Shown: positions 1 through 9,501 of the stretch, one piece after another
Layout of the letters: each line of letters begins with the position of its first letter
How positions within the stretch are numbered: position 1 is the first letter of the stretch
DNA from: an uncultured Acidobacteriota bacterium
GTDB lineage: Bacteria; Acidobacteriota; Vicinamibacteria; Vicinamibacterales; CAVVIG01
Direction of reading: 5' to 3'
Assembly (NCBI GenBank): GCA_963814975.1
Contig: CAWFFB010000030.1
Location: forward strand, 175,563 to 239,562
DNA: 64,000 nt
Notes under the pieces: generated by a model
Seen by the model: only the letters and a program-made list of their open reading frames with translations
Database searches by the model: none
What the model was told of the DNA's origin: nothing
Position numbers and translations under genes: made by a program

Positions 1-1
1 G

Positions 2-556
2 CTGGGAAACCTGCTCGGCGATTACGTCAAGGGGCGGGTCGAGCGGTTCGAGCACGCTGGCATCACCGATCGGCTGCGCACCGGCATTCAGATGCATCGA
101 ACGATTGACGCGTTCTCGGATCGCCATCCCGCGGTTCATCGCAGCAAGAGGATCCTCGCTGCCGAATACGGGCGGTTGTCCGGCGTCATCGTCGATGTGT
201 TCTACGACCACGTGCTGGCGCGCCGGTGGACCGAGCATCATCCGCGGCCATTGCGGGATTACACACAGGACGTCTACCGCACGCTGATGAGCAATCTGCA
301 CCGGTTACCGGCTCCCGTGCATCCGCTGATCAAGAGCATGAGTCGAGGCGACTGGCTGCGAGGCTATGCCAGCCAGCACGGCATCGAACGCGCGCTGCAG
401 GGGATGGCGCGGCGGCGTCCGGTGGCTGCGGAGATCGGCACGGCTGGCCGCCTGCTCGCCGACCATTTCGATCGCTTCTCTGCCGACTTCGACGAGTTCC
501 TGCCCGAGCTGCGCGTGCGCTGCGCGGAGTTCCTGGCTGAGCGCGACGCTGGTTGA
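2..556 (+). CDS. acpH: acyl carrier protein phosphodiesterase (AcpH), 5' end cut by window edge
   Basis: The frame is open from nt 2. The translation LGNLLGDYVKG..IQMHRTIDAFSD..YDHVL..WLRGY..LQGMARRRP follows the conserved blocks I recall from E. coli AcpH (GNLLADFVRG, HMHRRID, DHFL, GMASRRP). Confidence 0.75.
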   Translation: MGNLLGDYVKGRVERFEHAGITDRLRTGIQMHRTIDAFSDRHPAVHRSKRILAAEYGRLSGVIVDVFYDHVLARRWTEHHPRPLRDYTQDVYRTLMSNLHRLPAPVHPLIKSMSRGDWLRGYASQHGIERALQGMARRRPVAAEIGTAGRLLADHFDRFSADFDEFLPELRVRCAEFLAERDAG

Positions 557-672
557 GCCGAGTCCGGCTCATGGACAGGTCCGGCTGCAGTCGGTGCGAA
601 TTTCTGCACCCTTCTAAGGCCATTTCGTTGCAAACGTTACCGCTGTACATGGCACCAGACCGATAGGGGTTG

Positions 673-715
673 CCTGTTGAGGGTGAATTCCCAATCGTGC
701 AGCAACCGCCCTGAA
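673..715. repeat. copy 1 of an imperfect ~45-nt repeat (core GAATTCCCAATCG)
   Basis: cctgttgagggtGAATTCCCAATCGtgcagcaaccgccctgaa resembles 27246..27290 (by eye about 75-80% identical, with a 2-nt indel). It lies in a stop-rich non-coding stretch. Confidence 0.4.
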
Positions 716-860
716 ATCACTCGCCGTTTGTGATTGGGTAACGCGCGACCTTCCGCGCGAAATGGCTTGATTCCTTCATCGGCCGGTAGAATGTCCCAGG
801 GCACATGACCGACTCCCAGCAGGCGTTGGACCACAAGCCAGCCGACGACACGTTTCTGGC

Positions 861-1389
861 GCTGACCTCTTCTATCGGTTGAACGTGTTCCCCATTCGGG
901 TCCCCTCGCTGCGCGAACGCGTCGAGGACATCCCGCTTCTCATCACCCATTACGTCCGCCGGTTCGCCGAGCGTCAGGGCAAGAAGGTCGAGGAAGTCCC
1001 CGACGAGGTGATCGCCAGGCTGAAGGATTATCCGTGGCCAGGTAACGTTCGTGAACTTCAGAACGTGATCGAGCGAGCGGTCGTGGCGACGACGGGCCCC
1101 ACGTTGACTGCCGGAGCCAGAGCACCGCACCAAGCGTGCGGCCACGGCGTCCCGCACGCTGGCGCAAGTCGAGCGGGAGCACATCGAGGCGACCTTGCAG
1201 GCCACGAACGGGGTGCTCGGCGGTTGGGACGGGGCGGCGGCGAGGCTGGGGCTGTCCAGAACGACGCTCATCTCCAGGATGCAGCGTCTGGGCATTTCGG
1301 CTGGGACCGGCCTCCGCAAGTCAGCGAGCCAGCCAGCACTCTCGCGGTGGCGAAGTGCCCGCGGTGCACAACCGCAGGTTGTTGGCTGA
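861..1389 (+). pseudogene. sigma-54-dependent transcriptional activator remnant (tail of AAA+ domain plus Fis-type HTH); N-terminally deleted and frameshifted
   Basis: The frame of ORF 879.. reads DLFYRLNVFPIRVPSLRERVEDIPLL..YPWPGNVRELQNVIERAVV. The HTH (LAQVEREHIEATLQATNGVLGGWDGAAARLGLSRTTLISRMQRLGI) sits in a different frame (ORF 1195..1389). There is no Walker A/B or receiver region upstream. Confidence 0.7.
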
Positions 1390-1509
1390 TCGAACGCCGG
1401 ATCCTGCGCGATTGCCGTTGCGACACCGAGTCTGCTCGCACCGAGTGAAACTCTTGTCGAGGTACCGGCCCCACCCTGCGACCGTCAGGAGTAAGGGGAA
1501 CCGCCTTCG

Positions 1510-2595
1510 CTATTCGCTCAAAAAATCGCCGACGCGTTTGAAAGGCTCGACATGATCGCACACGACTTTGATCGCCATCATGATAGGCACCGCCAACAAC
1601 ATGCCCCAGACGCCCCACATCCAGCTCCAGAACAGGAGTCCCGCAAAAATGGCGATGTGATTCATCTCCGCCACCTTGCCGAGCAACATTGGCGTCAACA
1701 CCCAGCCTTCAAGCGTGGTAATCGCGAGCGCGCTCAGGGCGATGTATGTCGTCGGTCCAACAGCCTCGAACTGGATGTAGCTGACAACTGACAGGACGAT
1801 GGTCACGATGACGGGACCGAAGTATGGAATGGAGTTGAAAAGACCGGCGACCAGCCCCCACAGCGCCGGCTGATTCAGCCCGAGCCACCACAACGCACAT
1901 CCGGTCAGGACCGCAACCACGATACTGGTGAAGATCTGCACCAGCAGGAAGCGCTCCATTTGGGAGCCGATGGCGTCGAGGACTTGGACCGTGATCCGCT
2001 TCTGTGACAGCCCGTCACCCACGTTCCTGACGAGTTTTCGCTTGAACAGGTCGTCAGCCACGAGCAGAAACAAGGTCAGGAAAAAGATCATGACGATGAC
2101 GCTAACGAACGCTGGCAGCGATAACCATCCAGCCCATACATAGTCTGCGGTCCGCATGATCGGCTCCTCGACCTGGACGCGAACCACACCCTGCGGGGTG
2201 GGCGTCGGCGCCGCCGCGGCCACGGTGCCGCGATCGATGGAGTCGGCCGCCTCTTGCAATTTCTCGATCGCACCCGGCTCCCCGCGGGTCTGGCCTAGCT
2301 CATCGCGGAGCTTGCGCACACCCGTGGGGAGCTGTTCGACAACGGCGACCATCTCATCGGTGAGCTGGTACAACGTGCCGCCGATGGCCGCGACGACCCC
2401 GAGCAGGATGACCGTGGCGCCGATGACACGGGGGATGCGCCATCGCTCCAGGCGATCGACGATCGGATCGAGCGCGTAAAACAACAGTCCGCTTACCACA
2501 AAGGGAATGAGCACGTCCTGCGTGTTCTTCAGCAGCCAGATGACTGCGACGATGCCTACGAGGGTGAGCGAGACATGCCGGATGTCGACCGACAT
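1510..2595 (-). CDS. AI-2E family transporter (PerM/YhhT-like permease)
   Basis: Multi-TM protein with the typical AI-2E C-terminal half (..NSIPYFGPVIV..LEGWVLTPMLLGK..LLFWSWMWGVWGMLLAVPIM). The ATG at 2595 (MSVDIRHVS) sits just before TM1. The longer ORF reaching 2730 starts on TTG. Confidence 0.8.
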   Translation of the reverse strand: MSVDIRHVSLTLVGIVAVIWLLKNTQDVLIPFVVSGLLFYALDPIVDRLERWRIPRVIGATVILLGVVAAIGGTLYQLTDEMVAVVEQLPTGVRKLRDELGQTRGEPGAIEKLQEAADSIDRGTVAAAAPTPTPQGVVRVQVEEPIMRTADYVWAGWLSLPAFVSVIVMIFFLTLFLLVADDLFKRKLVRNVGDGLSQKRITVQVLDAIGSQMERFLLVQIFTSIVVAVLTGCALWWLGLNQPALWGLVAGLFNSIPYFGPVIVTIVLSVVSYIQFEAVGPTTYIALSALAITTLEGWVLTPMLLGKVAEMNHIAIFAGLLFWSWMWGVWGMLLAVPIMMAIKVVCDHVEPFKRVGDFLSE

Positions 2596-2809
2596 CGAGT
2601 TCGGTGACCCGGGCGGCGTTCGGATCTCCGGTGCTGTCTGCGTCACGCCATCATCCTGGACCGAGGCCGCGGATGGCGGCAGTGAGGAAGGAAACGTCGG
2701 CGTGGCATTGTTCCGCACAAGAGTCCTCAATGCGACAGTCGTCCACGACTATCTCGTCGCCGCAGAGACGACGCTGGTTATCACCGAAGGCGCGGCACAA
2801 GTAACCATG

Positions 2810-2865
2810 CGAAGCTCAATATGGGAGCGACACGCGCCGAAGCTCAATATGGGAGCGACACGCGA
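2810..2865. repeat. 28-bp tandem direct repeat, 2 copies (27/28 identical)
   Basis: cgaagctcaatatgggagcgacacgcgc (2810..2837) is followed directly by cgaagctcaatatgggagcgacacgcga (2838..2865). It is intergenic, about 215 nt upstream of the permease ATG on the minus strand. Confidence 0.9.
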
Positions 2866-2977
2866 TAAGCCCATGCAAAGTTATCGCCAGGAGGGCAAGA
2901 GGGATTAGAAGGGTCGCTTCAAAGGGCTCGACCCACAGAACGATCACTCTTCCACGTGGCGGCAACAACTGATGGCC

Positions 2978-4099
2978 CTACGGTTCGCCGAATAGCGGTA
3001 GGTAGTCCCGCCGGTAGAGCACGCCCCCTGCCACGCGGAGCCCGAGGTCGCGAAGCGGGGACGGCAGGGTGCGGATGCGATCCCGCCGGTGGGTGCGCTG
3101 CTGTACCCATTGTGTACGAGCACGTCGGCGTTCGATGAACGCCGACAGAGCGTCGCCGATCGAATGGTGGCTAGCCAGCATTCGACTCAGTACCAACGCA
3201 TCTTCGAGGGCCATGGATGCACCCTCGGCCATGTTGGGCGATGTCGCGTGAGCTGCATCGCCGATCAGCACAACATGACCCCGACCCCAAGTCTGGACGG
3301 CGACCTCCTCAATGCTGGAGAAATGGATCGGATCGAAGCTCCCGAGCTGACTCAGAATGCCGGGCACGGGTTCGGCAAAGTCGCGGAATAGCGCTCGAAG
3401 TCGGCCTACCTCGCGTCGCGTGGGGTCCTCGCTTTCGTTTGTCGTGAAATCGGCGTAGCAGTAGAGGCGATTTCGGGCTACCGGCATCATCAGGAACGCC
3501 CGGCCGCGACCGAGCATCGCGGTCCAAGTCTCAATCCCGCCATCCCGATCGACCAGGAAGCGCCAGCTGACCTGGCCGACGTGGCGAGTTCCGGTCCCGC
3601 CGGACAGGAGTCGTCGAATGGACGACTGAATCCCGTCGGCTGCCACGACCAGGTCGTATTCACCCTTCGAGCCATCAGTAAAGCCAACGTTCACCGCGCC
3701 GCGATCTTGAGCGAGGGTCGTGGCGGTGGTGCCCAGACGTATCGGCACATCCGGGCACCCCTCGAGGAGGATGCGATGAAGCTCGGCCCGGGCGATCCCC
3801 ACGCAGGGACCGACCATTCCCCAGGCCTTGGCGAGATCGATTTCGGCGAGGACTCGCCCTCGGTGATTGAGCAGACGCTGATGCGGTATGCGGACCGATC
3901 GACTCAAAAGCTTGTCGACGAGGCCCAGCGCGTCCAGAACTCGAACGCCGTTGGCTGGGAGGTACAGGCCCGTACCCGGCGCCGACCACGACGCGGCACG
4001 CTCGACGATCTCCGCGGCGAAGCCCTGCTGTTGAAGCGCTCGCCCGAGCGCGAGACCACCGATGCCGGCACCGACAATGAGAATGCGTAAGGGCGCCAT
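2978..4099 (-). CDS. FAD-dependent monooxygenase (UbiH/salicylate-hydroxylase-like)
   Basis: N-terminal dinucleotide fold LRILIVGAGIGGLALGRAL, DLVVAADGIQSSIR, and C-terminal GHVVLIGDAAHATSPNMAEGASMALEDA. Start taken at MAPLRILIV. Confidence 0.8.
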   Translation of the reverse strand: MAPLRILIVGAGIGGLALGRALQQQGFAAEIVERAASWSAPGTGLYLPANGVRVLDALGLVDKLLSRSVRIPHQRLLNHRGRVLAEIDLAKAWGMVGPCVGIARAELHRILLEGCPDVPIRLGTTATTLAQDRGAVNVGFTDGSKGEYDLVVAADGIQSSIRRLLSGGTGTRHVGQVSWRFLVDRDGGIETWTAMLGRGRAFLMMPVARNRLYCYADFTTNESEDPTRREVGRLRALFRDFAEPVPGILSQLGSFDPIHFSSIEEVAVQTWGRGHVVLIGDAAHATSPNMAEGASMALEDALVLSRMLASHHSIGDALSAFIERRRARTQWVQQRTHRRDRIRTLPSPLRDLGLRVAGGVLYRRDYLPLFGEP

Positions 4100-4331
4100 C
4101 CGTTGTGACCCGCAGCCGCAAGCAAATGCCAACTCGCCTTCGGATAATGCTCCGCTGCAATTTGAATCCCTGTCGGTAGACTGTCGACCAGCTCATCAAC
4201 GATTTGCTGCCGCCGCAAGCCGCAGGGTGCTACTGTGAGTTCCTCCTGCGTTCCTGAGCCTGCCTCCTTCTGTGGGAATCGGCTGCTCCACAGACTCCCC
4301 AAGGCAAACTTCTCGCGCGTAGGGTCTGCCG

Positions 4332-5069
4332 ATGTCCAAGATGCCGATGGTTCGACCCCTCCCGTTTCTACGATCCAAGAATCGACTACTCGCCACTCTG
4401 CCCGCCGAGGACTATCAGCGTATCGTTCCACACCTTGAGACCGTTTTCCTCACTCCCAAACAAGTACTGCTGCGCCGCGACGAAGCGATTCGCTTAGTGT
4501 ACTTTCCTCACGGCGGCGTGTGTTCGGTGACAATCCTGACGGAGAACGGCGCAGAGGTTGAAGTGGGTATGGTGGGCCATGAAGGAATGGTCGGGATTTC
4601 GGCGTTTTTCGGCACTCAACCGATGCCGGGTGAGTCGACGTTGCAAGTACCGGGCATGAACGGAACGACGGCCGAACGGATGACGATCGAGGCATTACGG
4701 CACGAAGTGGACAGGCATGGGGCCCTGCACGACATCATCAGTCGTTATTCGCACGGCACGTTGACGCTGATGATGCAGTCGATCGCATGTATGGCACTCC
4801 ATCCAGTGAACGAACGATGTTGTCGCTGGTTGCTGATGACGCACGACCGGATTCAATCCAACGAGTTCGAAGTGAGCCATGGATTTCTGGCAATGACGGT
4901 CGGTGCGACCCGTCCAACCGTGACGGTGGTCGCTGGGATGTTGCAAAAGGCGGGACTCATCCGTTACCGGCATGGGCGGATGACGATCCTCGACCGGCCG
5001 GGCCTGGAAGCGGCGTCATGCGAGTGCTACGCGGTAGTGAAGACAGCGTTCGAACGGCTCGGACTGTAA
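4332..5069 (+). CDS. Crp/Fnr family transcriptional regulator
   Basis: A cNMP-binding-like N-terminal beta-roll (LLATLPAEDYQRIVPHLE..VYFPHGGVCS) and a C-terminal HTH (SHGFLAMTVGATRPTVTVVAGMLQKAGLIRYRHGRMTILD). Confidence 0.8.
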   Translation: MSKMPMVRPLPFLRSKNRLLATLPAEDYQRIVPHLETVFLTPKQVLLRRDEAIRLVYFPHGGVCSVTILTENGAEVEVGMVGHEGMVGISAFFGTQPMPGESTLQVPGMNGTTAERMTIEALRHEVDRHGALHDIISRYSHGTLTLMMQSIACMALHPVNERCCRWLLMTHDRIQSNEFEVSHGFLAMTVGATRPTVTVVAGMLQKAGLIRYRHGRMTILDRPGLEAASCECYAVVKTAFERLGL

Positions 5070-5344
5070 CTCCGAACATAAGCATCCGCGGATCGAACCA
5101 TCTCCCACGCTAATCGGGATGCCAAGCACAGTCCTTGGCTATTCGTCCATAGCCCGATCGATCTCCGTCGTCCCATAGGAGCCGTAGCTCGCGAGCCGAG
5201 GAGAGCCCGGGCTACGTCTCAGGTTACCGTTCGTGTGCTCTCTCCCTGCTCAAGTTGAGACGAGAGTGACCGTCCGTCGGCGGCGTCGAGCGGGGTGGTC
5301 TTGAGAAACCGCAGGCAGCCTCCCAAAACAGCGTCAATACCGTT

Positions 5345-5851
5345 GTGGAGCAGATGTGGTGCCGCACGTCCCACTCTGGTACACAACATGCTGTTCACAC
5401 GGTACCCACATGGAAGCCGGCCGGTCTGTACGACGGAACCACCTCTTTGAGCGATGCGGAAAACTGGCTCGCGCTTGGTAGCGGCGCATTGTTGCTGATC
5501 GTCGGCGCGTCTCGGCGGTCCGTGGTCGGCAACCTTGTGGCGGCGTCGTCGGCACCCCTGCTGTATCGCGGCATCACCGGGCATTGGCCGGAACTTGTGA
5601 ACAGCTTCACCCAGCCCGACAACACCAAGACTGCCCTCAGCGGATCGCGTGGCGTCCATGTGCGCGAATCGATTCGACTTGAGGTCCCGCTCGCCGAGGT
5701 CTACCGGTTCTGGCGTCGCCTCGAGAACCTGCCGCGGTTCATGACGCACCTCGACCGTGTGACAGAGAATTCGGACAGCCGATCGCACTGGGTTGCAGCC
5801 GGGCCGGCCGGGCTGGCCGTCGAGTGGGACGCCGAGATCATCAACGAGGTC
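5345..5851 (+). pseudogene. SRPBCC (cyclase/dehydrase) family protein with N-terminal membrane segment, 3'-truncated at a deletion junction
   Basis: ..[98 protein letters not shown]. Homology stops there and the frame runs into dehydrogenase-derived sequence. About half of the SRPBCC fold is missing. Confidence 0.6.
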
Positions 5852-5854
5852 GAC

Positions 5855-6462
5855 ACCGGTCGGCAAGGACAACAGGCGGCTGAAAGTTGGCGATCGCGTC
5901 GTGGTGCCGTTCACCATCGCGTGTGGCCGCTGCTATTTCTGCAAGGAACAACTCTGGTCGCTCTGCGACAACTCGAACCCGAATGCCTGGATGGCCGAGA
6001 AGCTGTACGGCTATTCCGCATCGGGCTTGTTCGGCTATCGCACATGTATGGTGGGTATCCGGGCGGCCAAGCGGAATACGCCCGGGTTCCGTTGGCCGAC
6101 ATCGGCCCGCTGAAGGTTCCCGACACGCTCACCGACGAACAGGTTCTGTTTCTTTCGGACATCTTCCCAACCGGCTACATGGCAGCCGAGAACTGCCCGA
6201 TCAAGCCCGGCGACACCATAGCGGTCTGGGGTTCTGGCCCGGTGGGCCAGTTCGCGATCAAGAGCGCCGATCTTCTTGGCGCCGAACGCGTGATCGCGAT
6301 CGACCGCTTCGCCGAACGGCTCAACCTCGCGACCTCACAGGGCGGAGCCGAGACCCTGATATCGCACCTTCCGTGACAAGCACGACGCGTGCATCAAGGT
6401 CGTGATGAAACCTGGCGTGGCGATCCCTCACCACACCGATCCGCCGTCTTTTCGGCAGCAGT
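5855..6462 (+). pseudogene. Zn-dependent MDR alcohol/formaldehyde-dehydrogenase-like remnant (N-terminal deletion, one frameshift, one internal deletion)
   Basis: The frame of ORF 5793 reads [52 protein letters not shown]. The sequence continues in the frame of ORF 5345 as [65 protein letters not shown]. The C-terminal tail [18 protein letters not shown] (6360..6462) follows immediately, back in the first frame. By my estimate that implies roughly 100 codons lost. Confidence 0.7.
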
Positions 6463-6587
6463 AACCGATACATGGCCAAATCCTTCCGAGCAGCCCGCCG
6501 CTAGAGGCAACGCCGGCCGTGCTCGACGCGGCGACGTGCGGACCCTCGAATTCGTCAAACAACCCATCCCACTGAGGAGACTCGACC

Positions 6588-7166
6588 ATGGCTGAAGCAG
6601 GAACGCTCCACGACGCTTTCATCGACGAATTGCGCGACACGTACGACGCAGAAAAGCAGCTGACGAAGGCCTTGCCGAAGCTGGCGAAAGCCGCGACGAA
6701 TCCGAAACTCCGGGCGGCGTTCGAAACCCATCTCCAGGAGACGCAGGGCCAGATTGCGCGTCTGGAACGGGTGTTCGAGAGCTTGGACGAAAAGGTGCGC
6801 GGCAAGCACTGTGACGGCATCGCCGGGATCATCGACGAAGGCAAGTCGATCATGGAAGAGGACTTCGATGAAACCACGATGGACGCCTGTCTGATTGCCG
6901 CGGGACAGCGCGCTGAACATTACGAGATGGCGGCTTACGGCACGCTCGTCGCGTGGGCGCAGGCGACAGGGCACACCGAGGCCGCCAAGCTCCTGCAGCA
7001 GACGCTCGATGAAGAGAAGGCCGCCGACAAGAAGCTGTCGGGGTTGGCCGAAGGCGGTATCAACCAAGGCGCGGCTGACGCGGCGTACGCTGACGATGAC
7101 GAGGAGCCGGTCGGCGTCGCCGCCAGCAGTGCCAGAAAGACTGCGTCCAAAGCCGGTCGTCGGTAG
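6588..7166 (+). CDS. ferritin-like DUF892 (YciE/YciF) family stress protein
   Basis: LHDAFIDELRDTYDAEKQLTKALPKLAKAA..LRAAFETHLQETQGQIARLERVF..AGQRAEHYEMAAYGTL..LLQQTLDEEKAADKKLS, the typical YciE pattern. Confidence 0.8.
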   Translation: MAEAGTLHDAFIDELRDTYDAEKQLTKALPKLAKAATNPKLRAAFETHLQETQGQIARLERVFESLDEKVRGKHCDGIAGIIDEGKSIMEEDFDETTMDACLIAAGQRAEHYEMAAYGTLVAWAQATGHTEAAKLLQQTLDEEKAADKKLSGLAEGGINQGAADAAYADDDEEPVGVAASSARKTASKAGRR

Positions 7167-7188
7167 GCTCCGTCCGGCCGAGGGCGCC

Positions 7189-7480
7189 ATGGTGCTGATT
7201 CAGCTGCTGTTGCCGACGCCCCGCGCGGCAAGTGCTGACGGCCTGGCGTCCCTCGCCGAGACGCGGCGGGAGCTCGCTGAATGATTCAGCGGCCTCACGG
7301 CTACCTTCGATCACCGGCGAAGGGATTGTGGACCGCCCAGATGGCCACACGGAACAGGACGATGTCGTGATGGTGGAAGTGGTGACCGACACATTCGACC
7401 GGACATGTGGCGAACCCATGCGGCCACGCTGGCCGCCCGCTTTCGGCAAGAGAGCATTCACATGCGCGCCCGCGGTGACG
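7189..7480 (+). pseudogene. small conserved hypothetical protein, disrupted by one in-frame TGA and three -1 frame changes
   Basis: The pieces join into one sensible protein: MVLIQLLLPTPRAASADGLASLAETRRELAE-(TGA)-FSGLTA / YLRSPAKGLWT / DGHTEQDDVVMVEVVTDTFDRT / WRTHAATLAARFRQESIHMRA. These pieces occupy successive reading frames. The family assignment comes only from my memory of MxLxQxLLP..-type hypotheticals. The end coordinate is approximate. Confidence 0.35.
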
Positions 7481-7620
7481 GAGATGTCGTCAGCGGCTGG
7501 AAGAACAAACTGCAGTCGGCGATTGCGAACGTGACTCCTGCCGGGATCCTTGCGGCACAACATCGCCGCATGGCCGAGCCCGGGGCAGCAGAGAAGGCCA
7601 GCGAGTAGGCCTCCAGTGCG

Positions 7621-8268
7621 ATGGTGCGATCGACGGCTCACCACGGGGAAACTCGCGCCGGCGTTGGGAAGTCCCCGGTCGCTGTCCCGGTCTCCGGGAC
7701 GGCGCTGTTGCTGGTCGACGTCATCAACGATCTCGCGTTCAACGGCTCCGAGGCCCTCGTCGCGCAGGCGGAATCGATGGCCGCGCCACTCGCCCGCCTC
7801 AAGCGTCGTGCGACGGCAGCCGGCGTGCCGACGATCTACATCAACGATAACTTCGGGCAGTGGCGGTCGGACTTTCGCCGCACCGTCGCCCATTGCACCG
7901 CGCGGACCTCTCCGGGCCGGGTCGTATCGCGCCGTCTCCGGCCGACCGCGCGCGACTACTTCGTGCTGAAGCCCAAACATTCCGGATTCTTCGACACCAC
8001 TTTGGATACGTTGCTCGAGACGCTGCGTATCCGGCGTGTCATTCTCACGGGCATGGCGGGCAATATCTGCGTGCTCTTCACGGCCAATGATGCCTACATG
8101 CGCGAATACAAGATGTTCGTGCCCGCCGACTGCATCGTGTCGAACACGGCCGCTGACAACGATTATGCCCTCCGCCAAATCAAGACAGTCCTGAAAGGTG
8201 ATGTCGCCGTGTCGACACGGCTCAGATTTCAATCGACGCGCCGTCCACGGGCCGCGAGGCGCCGATGA
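7621..8268 (+). CDS. isochorismatase-family cysteine hydrolase
   Basis: ALLLVDVINDLAF.., YFVLKPKHSGFFDTTLDTLLETLRIRRVILTGMAGNICVLFTANDAYMREY (catalytic Cys in GNICV). Intact single frame. Confidence 0.8.
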   Translation: MVRSTAHHGETRAGVGKSPVAVPVSGTALLLVDVINDLAFNGSEALVAQAESMAAPLARLKRRATAAGVPTIYINDNFGQWRSDFRRTVAHCTARTSPGRVVSRRLRPTARDYFVLKPKHSGFFDTTLDTLLETLRIRRVILTGMAGNICVLFTANDAYMREYKMFVPADCIVSNTAADNDYALRQIKTVLKGDVAVSTRLRFQSTRRPRAARRR

Positions 8269-8377
8269 TCTCGAGAGGGAGCGGTACTCGAGTGTCGAAG
8301 GGCCGGTTGACGCCGCACCACTCGTCACTGGAACCCCAAGCGCTACTGTCCGAAGCGGACTGAGACGCGGGTGGACG

Positions 8378-9501
8378 ATGGCGGTACAGGAGCCTCGAGC
8401 TTGCACGGATGTGAACGCCGTCGTGGGCGGGTACCTTCGCGATCTGGCGTTCGCACAGTCATCGCAACAGAAGATGTTCGGCTACAAGCGGGCGGCCGCT
8501 GCGATTCTGTCGTTGGACACCCCGTTGACCGACTTGCTGGGACCCGACGGCGCCCTGCCGCGGATTCCTGGCATCGGCCCGGGTTCGACGCGCATAATAC
8601 GCGAGATTCTCGAGACCGGTGCGTCGCCGACTGTCGAACAGGCCATCGAACGGGAGCGAGCGTCGCGCCGATATTCAGCGGCGCCGTGAGCTGCGTCGGC
8701 ACTTTTTGAGCCGCGCGGAGGTGCGGCGGATTCTCGCGGACTCCGCCTTCGATGGCCCCACCCTCGAGCAGTACCTGTGGCGATCTGCAAATGCACTCCG
8801 AATGGAGCGACGGTTCTCCGACGGTCGAGGAGATTGCCGACGCCTGCGTTGAGCGAGGCTATCGGTACGCGGCGGTCACCGACCACTCGTACGGACTGAA
8901 AATCGCCGGCGGCATGTCGATGGCCGAAGCTGCCGCGCAGCGTCTGGCCATTGAAGGCGTCAACGCGCGATACGGAAGCCGATTCCGACTATTGCAAGGC
9001 ATCGAGGCCAACATCGATGCGGCGGGCCATCTCGATCTCACCGCCGATGAGGCGACGAGCTTCGACGTGGTGCTGGCGGCGCCGCACTCCAGGCTGAGGA
9101 AGAACGACGATCAGACGGATCGCATGCTCACCGCTCTTCAACACCCGATGGTCCGCATCCTGGCGCACCCGCGCGGCCGCATTTCCGGATCGCGTGCCGG
9201 CGTGATCGCGAATTGGGATGCCGTGTTCGAGGCCGCCGCGCAACGTGGTGTGGCCATCGAAATCGACGGCGATCCTGCGCGCCAGGATCTCGACTACCCA
9301 CTGGGACGGCAGGCACTCACGTTCGGCTGCGTCTTCGCGCTCGATAGCGATGCACACACCACCACGCAGCTGTCCTACGCCGAGACCGCATTGGCCCACG
9401 CGCGACTGGCCGCTATCCCGGTCGACCGGGTCGTCAACTGCTGGCCGCTGGAGCGATTGCTGGCCTGGTTGTCGGATCCGTCGTCGGAGTGTCGTCGTTG
9501 A
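8378..9501 (+). pseudogene. helix-hairpin-helix + PHP-domain phosphoesterase (PolX C-terminal-like), two +1 frame changes
   Basis: The HhH part (LPRIPGIGPGSTRIIREILETG) is in the frame of ORF 8198. The linker (RRELRRHFLSRAEVRRILADSAFDGPTLEQY) is in the frame of ORF 8619. The PHP part (GDLQMHSEWSDG..AAVTDHSYGL..ILAHPRGR..IEIDG..ALDSDAH) is in the frame of ORF 8752. Frame changes fall near 8650 and 8775. Confidence 0.65.

Noticed and set aside
641-672. Possible sigma-54 promoter (TGGCAC ... TTGC) near the activator remnant.
   Set aside because: The spacing between the TGGCAC and TTGC elements is 14 nt rather than about 5 nt. No intact gene lies downstream.
2810-2865. CRISPR array candidates (this repeat and 48821..48866).
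   Set aside because: Each has only two directly abutting copies with no spacers, and no cas genes are present in the window.
5085-5110. tRNA-like T-loop string (minus strand GGTTCGATCC) in the crp-SRPBCC spacer.
   Set aside because: The flanking bases do not form a T-stem, an acceptor stem or an anticodon arm. The local sequence is just the palindrome atccgcggat.
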